A stretch of 64,000 nucleotides of DNA, taken from NCBI GenBank assembly GCA_965219575.1, contig OZ244779.1, positions 1,228,769-1,292,768 on the forward strand. Direction: 5' to 3'. This DNA is from Candidatus Oxydemutatoraceae bacterium (GTDB taxonomy: Bacteria > Pseudomonadota > Gammaproteobacteria > Poriferisulfidales > Oxydemutatoraceae). A program made the position numbers and the translations under genes. Positions 58,569 through 64,000 of the stretch are shown piece after piece. The stretch's first letter is position 1. Each line of letters begins with the position of its first letter. The notes under the pieces were generated by a model, which saw only the letters and a program-made list of their open reading frames with translations, did no database searches and was not told where the DNA came from.

Positions 58569-61500
58569 ATGGGGGGATCCACAAAATTTTTGCTACTGCT
58601 AATCGCAGTATCATGGGTATCGGTATCGGCACAAGATGTCTTTGAATGCGATTACGCAGCCGATGTAGATCAAGATAAAGACGGGTTGATAGAAATATGC
58701 GATGTGGACGCACTAGATGCGATTCGTTATCAGCTCGACGGCAGCGGTTATAGAGAAAGTTTCGATACGGTCAAAGTCACTGCCGGGTGTCCTCGAAGCG
58801 GCTGCAACGGCTACGAGTTGCGTAAAGATTTGGATTTCGATGCCGACGATAGCTATCGCGATCTCGGCAACAAAGCAGCATGGACGAGCGGTTTAGGTTG
58901 GTTGCCTATAGGCACTCGACTGAACTTCTTTACTGCAAGGTTTGAAGGCAACGGTCATACGATAGCCAATCTTTATATCGATAGACCGTCGGATTATGTC
59001 GGTTTATTCAAGGCGACGATGAGGCGAGCTAAAATAAGCGACCTAGTATTGTCGCAAATAAACATCAAAGGGAATTCGTATGTCGGCGGTTTAGCGGGTC
59101 ATAACGCCGGCAGTGTCGTTTATGTCGGTGTCGAGAACGGTCGCCTAATCGGTATGGGCAACACCGTAGGCGGGTTGTTCGGTGCCAACGCCGGGACGAT
59201 ACTCAACGGCGATGTCATACTCCGGCGTGTAGAGGGCAACGGGCATAGTCTCGGCGGTTTGGTCGGTCATAACGAGGGGCATATTACGCATAGCGTCGCC
59301 GATACCGGTTTATTCGGTGTTAGCCAAGTCGGTGGTTTGGTCGGTCTTAATTTTGGTGGTGTGCTGACAAACAGTCGCTCCGACGGGACTGCGAATGGGA
59401 GCGATTATATCGGTGGTTTGGTCGGTCTCAATCGTGCCCGAATTAGTGCGAGCTATGCCGAAGGCAAAGTGATAAGCGACGGCTCGTATAGCGGTGGCTT
59501 GGTCGGTGCGAATAACCGTGGCGGTAGAATTGCCGATAGTCGGGCGAGTGGTGCGGTTTCGGGTAATCTCTATGCAGGCGGTCTGGTCGGTTGGAATAAG
59601 GACAGTGAAATCACCAATAGTTTTGCGGTTAGTCGTGTAGACGGCAATAGCGATGTAGGCGGTCTGGTCGGTTGGAACGAGAGTGGTCGAATAAGCAATA
59701 CTTATGCGAACGGTTTTGTAACCGGTGTAGATAGAGTCGGTGGTTTGGTCGGCAGTAATAGGGGCATCGTCTCCGACAGTTTTGCAAACGGGCAAGTTGT
59801 CGCAAGCGGTATGCATGCGGGTGGTTTGATCGGTTGGAATCATGCGTATCAGACCAGAGATGCCGTAGCAGTGCGTGTGACACACAGCTATTGGGATAGC
59901 GAGGCTGCAGAGATTTCGCTCAGTGCCGGTGGCAGTCCTCGAACTACTCAACAGCTAAGATCGCCGACCGCCCCCGGTCTACCGGGCGAGACCTTCGAGA
60001 GATGGGATGTTGCGGATTGGGATTTCGGCACCGACGAACAATACCCGATACTCAGACACAGCGAAGGTTCTAATGAAGGACACCTATTACCGGGTCAATA
60101 CATTATGCTGTCGGGTCTGCTTGTATTGGACGGTTTGACTTTATCTCCGGCGTTCGATCCGCAAACCTTCGACTATCGTGTGTACTTAAGCGACGACAGC
60201 TTAAGACAAATAAGGTTCAGTCCTACGATAGCGAATAGCACGCAAACGATTAGTGTTCTCAAGGATGAAAAAACCGGGTTGCCGTCGGTGATTAACGGCG
60301 AGACGGTACCAATCAATTTGAATGGTGTTCCCGAACCGACCTTGGTGACGATAGCGAGGCACTATCGGATTTGGGTGCTACGTCAAACCGGTTTACAAGC
60401 GACGATTAGTAGCGATCGTTCGGATTATAGGGTGAGCGAAGGACAAAATATTGTGTTGAATGTGTTAACTTCCGAGCCGGATGTGCGACGAGTGCGTTAT
60501 CGCTGGAGTCAAGTCTCACCGATGCAACCCGATTTATTAAAAGACCTAAATACTCGGCAAGCCGAGCTGAACATAAACATACCTGACGATTTTGTAGCGC
60601 AAGATAACGACGAGAGCCCCGTTGTGCTGCAAGTGGAAGTGCGTGTCGGTGGGACAACCGTGGTTCGCAATACGACGATCACGGTCGTCAGAACGAATAA
60701 CGGTAGCATAAATACCTTAGCTGCTCCGACCTATCGCGAGGGTACGCTCGCGGTGGCAGATATCAGCGAAGCCGATTTATCTGTGGATCCCGACGGTGGT
60801 GTGGATATTAACAGTTTTCGTTATCGGTGGCAGTACAAGTTGCCGTCGGCTACGCGATGGCACGATATCAAAGATGCGACGCAGACGCGCTATGAGATAC
60901 CTGCAGTGTTGTCGGCAATCGATAACATCGGTTATCGTGTAGGGCTGGATTATCGCGACAATCAAGGTCATCGTCATCGCATCGTATCCGAGCCGGTATC
61001 GGTTGTGCAGGTCGTAGAAGATGACGGTTTTGCCGATATTTATTATTTGGAAGATTTGAATGCGATACGCAATCAATTAGACGGTCGATACGAATTAGCC
61101 CGAGATTTGGATTTCAACTCGGATGCGAGCTACCGCGACCCGATCAATAAAGCAAAATGGACAGTCGCCGATTACGGTAATGATGCAGACACCGGCTGGT
61201 TGCCCGTAGGCACGATCGTAAATCGTTTCACGGGTATTTTTGACGGCAACGGTCATACAATATTCAATTTACAGATTAATAGAGATGCTGCCGACGATCA
61301 AGGTTTGTTCGGTGCTTTGGGATCCGCGGCGATCGTAAAAAATATAGGCTTGTTGAATGTAAAGATAGAAGGAACGCAACATATCGGTGGCATGGTGGGT
61401 ATTAATGCCGGTACTATCGTCGGCAGTTATGCGGTCGGCGAGTTTTCAGCAAATAGTTTAGTAGGTGGTATCGTCGGAGTGAACCACGGTAAAATTATCA

Positions 61501-64000
61501 ATAGTTATGCCGGTTCGGTTATTTCGAGGCGAAGTTCGGTTCCGAGTCATCTGGGCGGTTTAGTCGGCACCAATGAAGGTATAGTCATCAATAGTCATGC
61601 GACGGTTCAGATTTTAGAGAGACGATCCAACAATGTGGGGGGGCTCATAGGTTGGAATGCTGTCGATGCACGGGTGATCAATAGCTATGCCGGCGGTGAT
61701 GTAGGCGGGGATGTGCATGTAGGGGGTTTAACCGGTATCAACAGAGGGTCTATAACGAATAGTTATGCAGACGGCGAAGTCTCGGGAAACGGTAGTTTAG
61801 GTGGCCTGGTCGGTGCTAATCAAATAGCTGCGGCGATGATTACCAACAGTTATGCCGTCGGTAGGGTGCAAGGAAGCGGTAGTGGTTTAGTTGCGACCAA
61901 TGAAGGAGTCATTAGGGCAAGTTACTGGAATATTGAGACCGGCGGTTCACAAGGTCGTTATGGAAGCGGTCGGACCATGCAACAGATGCAATTACCTACT
62001 GCGGCAATCGGGATATACGAAGCGTGGGACGATGCCGATTGGGATTTCGGCAACAGCGCACAGTATCCGATACTCAAGTATGCACCGGGACCCGACGGCG
62101 ATGCCTGCGGTGTGCCGGGATTGCCGCAGTGCGGCGAGTTGATATCACCGCACCTACGCCACGGTTTGCACAGTTTGGCAACGGCGGGCGGTATTGTTCT
62201 ATCTCCCGAGTTCGATACCGAGGTACAAAACCGAAGCGGTATTTATATCGGCACTCTGAGTAGTACCGATAATACGATACGGTTGATTCCGACGACGATA
62301 GAACCGACCGCACATATCGGTTTCTACATCGGCGACGATGAGATCGCGTACGACACTATCCGAAGCGGTGAGACGAGTAAAGCGATTTCTTTGAAAGCAA
62401 TCGGCATGACCCGTATTCGCATTGAAGTGCAGGGAACGGTAACCGTCGATTATACGCTGTATATCGATTATCGAAACATTGCCGAGTTTAGGTCGATCAA
62501 CTATCTGGAAGACTTGCGTGCGATACATCGGCGTCCGCAAGGTTCTTATAAGTTAGCTAGAGATTTGGATTTTGCAGACAGCGGTAGTTATCTGGATCCG
62601 TTGAATAGGATTTCTTGGACGGTAGAGGATTACAACGATGCCGGCGATGTGGGTTGGGTGCCTATCGGCAGCGAGTCAAAGCCTTTTGCCGGTCGCTTCG
62701 ACGGCAACGGTCATACGATATCGGGTTTGCAGATAAACAGAGACGATGCCGATAATCAAAGTTTACTCGGTGTTACAGCATCCAGCGCCGTTATAAGCAA
62801 TATCGGTTTGTTGAATGTAAAAATAGAAGGTGGAGCTAAAGTTGCCGGGCTGGTCGGCACGAACCGAGGGCAAGTCGGCTATAGCTATGTCGGTGGCAGT
62901 ATTGAATCAAAGAGTATAGAGGGTGTAGGCGGCGGTCTGGTTGCAAACAACGACGGCGGAGATATTATCGGCAGTCGTGCACTAAGTCAAGTTTCCGGAA
63001 CTCAATTTATCGGCGGTTTGGTCGGAGATAACAACGGCAGGATTATCAATAGTCATGCCGATAGTATCGTAATGCCGGGTTCGGGCGGCTCGCGTTTCGG
63101 TGGTTTGGTCGGTCGTAATCGGAGTCTAATTGCCAATAGTTATGCAAGCGGTGAGATTCTGTTTGGAGGAACTAGTTCTATTAAAGGGGGTCTGGTCGGT
63201 TGGAATGACTTGCAAGCACGGATCGTTAACGGTTATGCAGCGGTCGGTATTGTTGGTGCTATAGCAGGCGGGTTGGTTGGATATAATCTGGGTGCTATAG
63301 AAAATAGTTATGCGATCGGCGAGCTGAGCGGTGGCAACAGCACACGAGGCAGTTTAGTCGGTAACAACGCCGGCGGCACAATCGTCGTCAGCTATTGGAA
63401 TAGCGATACCATTGCAAGCGGAGGCAACAACGGGATCGGGCAGACCTCGGCACAGCTTCGGTCCGCAACCCCTACGGTACCGATGAATAGCATTTATAAA
63501 GATTGGGATACCGACGATTGGGATTTCGGCACATCCGAACAATATCCGATACTTAAATACACCACTGCAACCGAAAGTATTTTTGAGTGTGATTCATCGG
63601 GAATGCCGCAATGTGGCAATTTAGTATCGCCGGGTTTGCGCTACGGTTTGCGTGACTTAACGGCGGCAGACGATGTTACATTCTCTCCACCGCTTGATGT
63701 TGACAGGCTCAACCAAAGCGGCGTTTATTCCGCTACGGTGTTCGGTGAACATCCGAGTATACGTTTGATTCCGGTTGCAATCGAATCGACTGCGCGCATT
63801 AGTTTTATAGGAGATAAACATGAAATCCTGGACAGTCACGATACAAGTTCGCCGATTTCGTTAAAAAATGAAGTGATAAAAAAAGTTGTCGTTGAAGTAA
63901 AAGGCACGAAGACGGTTAGGTATACGCTTTATCTGAGTTACATGCATCATAGGGTCATAGACGAAGACGGCGACGGTCTCGTCGATATCGATTATTTGGA
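58569..64000 (+). CDS. Giant secreted repetitive surface protein 4 (partial, >1810 aa, runs off the window)
   Basis: Absent from the ORF track because no stop lies in the window. ATG at 58569 after GGGGGAAGCGTAGT. Translates MGGSTKFLLLLIAVSWVSVSA|QDVFECDYAADVDQDKDGLIEICD and is collinear with genes 1-3. It is still in frame at the window end (DEDGDGLVDIDYL, start of module 4). Confidence 0.9.
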   Translation, partial: MGGSTKFLLLLIAVSWVSVSAQDVFECDYAADVDQDKDGLIEICDVDALDAIRYQLDGSGYRESFDTVKVTAGCPRSGCNGYELRKDLDFDADDSYRDLGNKAAWTSGLGWLPIGTRLNFFTARFEGNGHTIANLYIDRPSDYVGLFKATMRRAKISDLVLSQINIKGNSYVGGLAGHNAGSVVYVGVENGRLIGMGNTVGGLFGANAGTILNGDVILRRVEGNGHSLGGLVGHNEGHITHSVADTGLFGVSQVGGLVGLNFGGVLTNSRSDGTANGSDYIGGLVGLNRARISASYAEGKVISDGSYSGGLVGANNRGGRIADSRASGAVSGNLYAGGLVGWNKDSEITNSFAVSRVDGNSDVGGLVGWNESGRISNTYANGFVTGVDRVGGLVGSNRGIVSDSFANGQVVASGMHAGGLIGWNHAYQTRDAVAVRVTHSYWDSEAAEISLSAGGSPRTTQQLRSPTAPGLPGETFERWDVADWDFGTDEQYPILRHSEGSNEGHLLPGQYIMLSGLLVLDGLTLSPAFDPQTFDYRVYLSDDSLRQIRFSPTIANSTQTISVLKDEKTGLPSVINGETVPINLNGVPEPTLVTIARHYRIWVLRQTGLQATISSDRSDYRVSEGQNIVLNVLTSEPDVRRVRYRWSQVSPMQPDLLKDLNTRQAELNINIPDDFVAQDNDESPVVLQVEVRVGGTTVVRNTTITVVRTNNGSINTLAAPTYREGTLAVADISEADLSVDPDGGVDINSFRYRWQYKLPSATRWHDIKDATQTRYEIPAVLSAIDNIGYRVGLDYRDNQGHRHRIVSEPVSVVQVVEDDGFADIYYLEDLNAIRNQLDGRYELARDLDFNSDASYRDPINKAKWTVADYGNDADTGWLPVGTIVNRFTGIFDGNGHTIFNLQINRDAADDQGLFGALGSAAIVKNIGLLNVKIEGTQHIGGMVGINAGTIVGSYAVGEFSANSLVGGIVGVNHGKIINSYAGSVISRRSSVPSHLGGLVGTNEGIVINSHATVQILERRSNNVGGLIGWNAVDARVINSYAGGDVGGDVHVGGLTGINRGSITNSYADGEVSGNGSLGGLVGANQIAAAMITNSYAVGRVQGSGSGLVATNEGVIRASYWNIETGGSQGRYGSGRTMQQMQLPTAAIGIYEAWDDADWDFGNSAQYPILKYAPGPDGDACGVPGLPQCGELISPHLRHGLHSLATAGGIVLSPEFDTEVQNRSGIYIGTLSSTDNTIRLIPTTIEPTAHIGFYIGDDEIAYDTIRSGETSKAISLKAIGMTRIRIEVQGTVTVDYTLYIDYRNIAEFRSINYLEDLRAIHRRPQGSYKLARDLDFADSGSYLDPLNRISWTVEDYNDAGDVGWVPIGSESKPFAGRFDGNGHTISGLQINRDDADNQSLLGVTASSAVISNIGLLNVKIEGGAKVAGLVGTNRGQVGYSYVGGSIESKSIEGVGGGLVANNDGGDIIGSRALSQVSGTQFIGGLVGDNNGRIINSHADSIVMPGSGGSRFGGLVGRNRSLIANSYASGEILFGGTSSIKGGLVGWNDLQARIVNGYAAVGIVGAIAGGLVGYNLGAIENSYAIGELSGGNSTRGSLVGNNAGGTIVVSYWNSDTIASGGNNGIGQTSAQLRSATPTVPMNSIYKDWDTDDWDFGTSEQYPILKYTTATESIFECDSSGMPQCGNLVSPGLRYGLRDLTAADDVTFSPPLDVDRLNQSGVYSATVFGEHPSIRLIPVAIESTARISFIGDKHEILDSHDTSSPISLKNEVIKKVVVEVKGTKTVRYTLYLSYMHHRVIDEDGDGLVDIDYL

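Noticed and set aside
3646-64000. Diversity-generating retroelement or shufflon as the source of variation
   Set aside because: No reverse transcriptase, template/variable repeat pair with adenine-specific changes, site-specific recombinase or inverted cassettes appear in the window.

Overview
Proteobacterial (probably gammaproteobacterial) chromosomal window. The first 3.4 kb holds the 3' end of a type IV pilus/T2SS-like operon (PilC/GspF-family platform protein, two prepilin-type proteins), then hfq and gloB. About 90% of the window is a head-to-tail array of at least four paralogous giant genes. Three are complete (about 5,760-5,800 aa each). A fourth starts at 58569, runs off the window end and is missing from the ORF track. 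Each complete protein has a Sec signal peptide and ten modules (DxDxDG-type acidic loop, Cys-containing cap, GLUG-type beta-helix rungs, cadherin-like beta-sandwich) with interspersed Ig/PKD-like domains. Each ends in a conserved tail, FIH(I/V)RVFPEGLL(L/R), and has no recognisable autotransporter barrel, TPS, RTX or membrane anchor. The paralogues are patchwork mosaics of each other and use two different 5' leader classes, one with a conserved short uORF and a stem next to the start codon. Between copies 3 and 4 is an IS1202/ISNCY-type element (56332-58479). It carries a 135-bp tandem duplication and a nested 253-bp MITE (15-bp perfect TIRs, ACAT target duplication), which itself contains an inverted pair of GTAG-type REP hairpins. 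No rRNA, tRNA or CRISPR array was seen. All family assignments are by-eye motif recognition; no database search was run.
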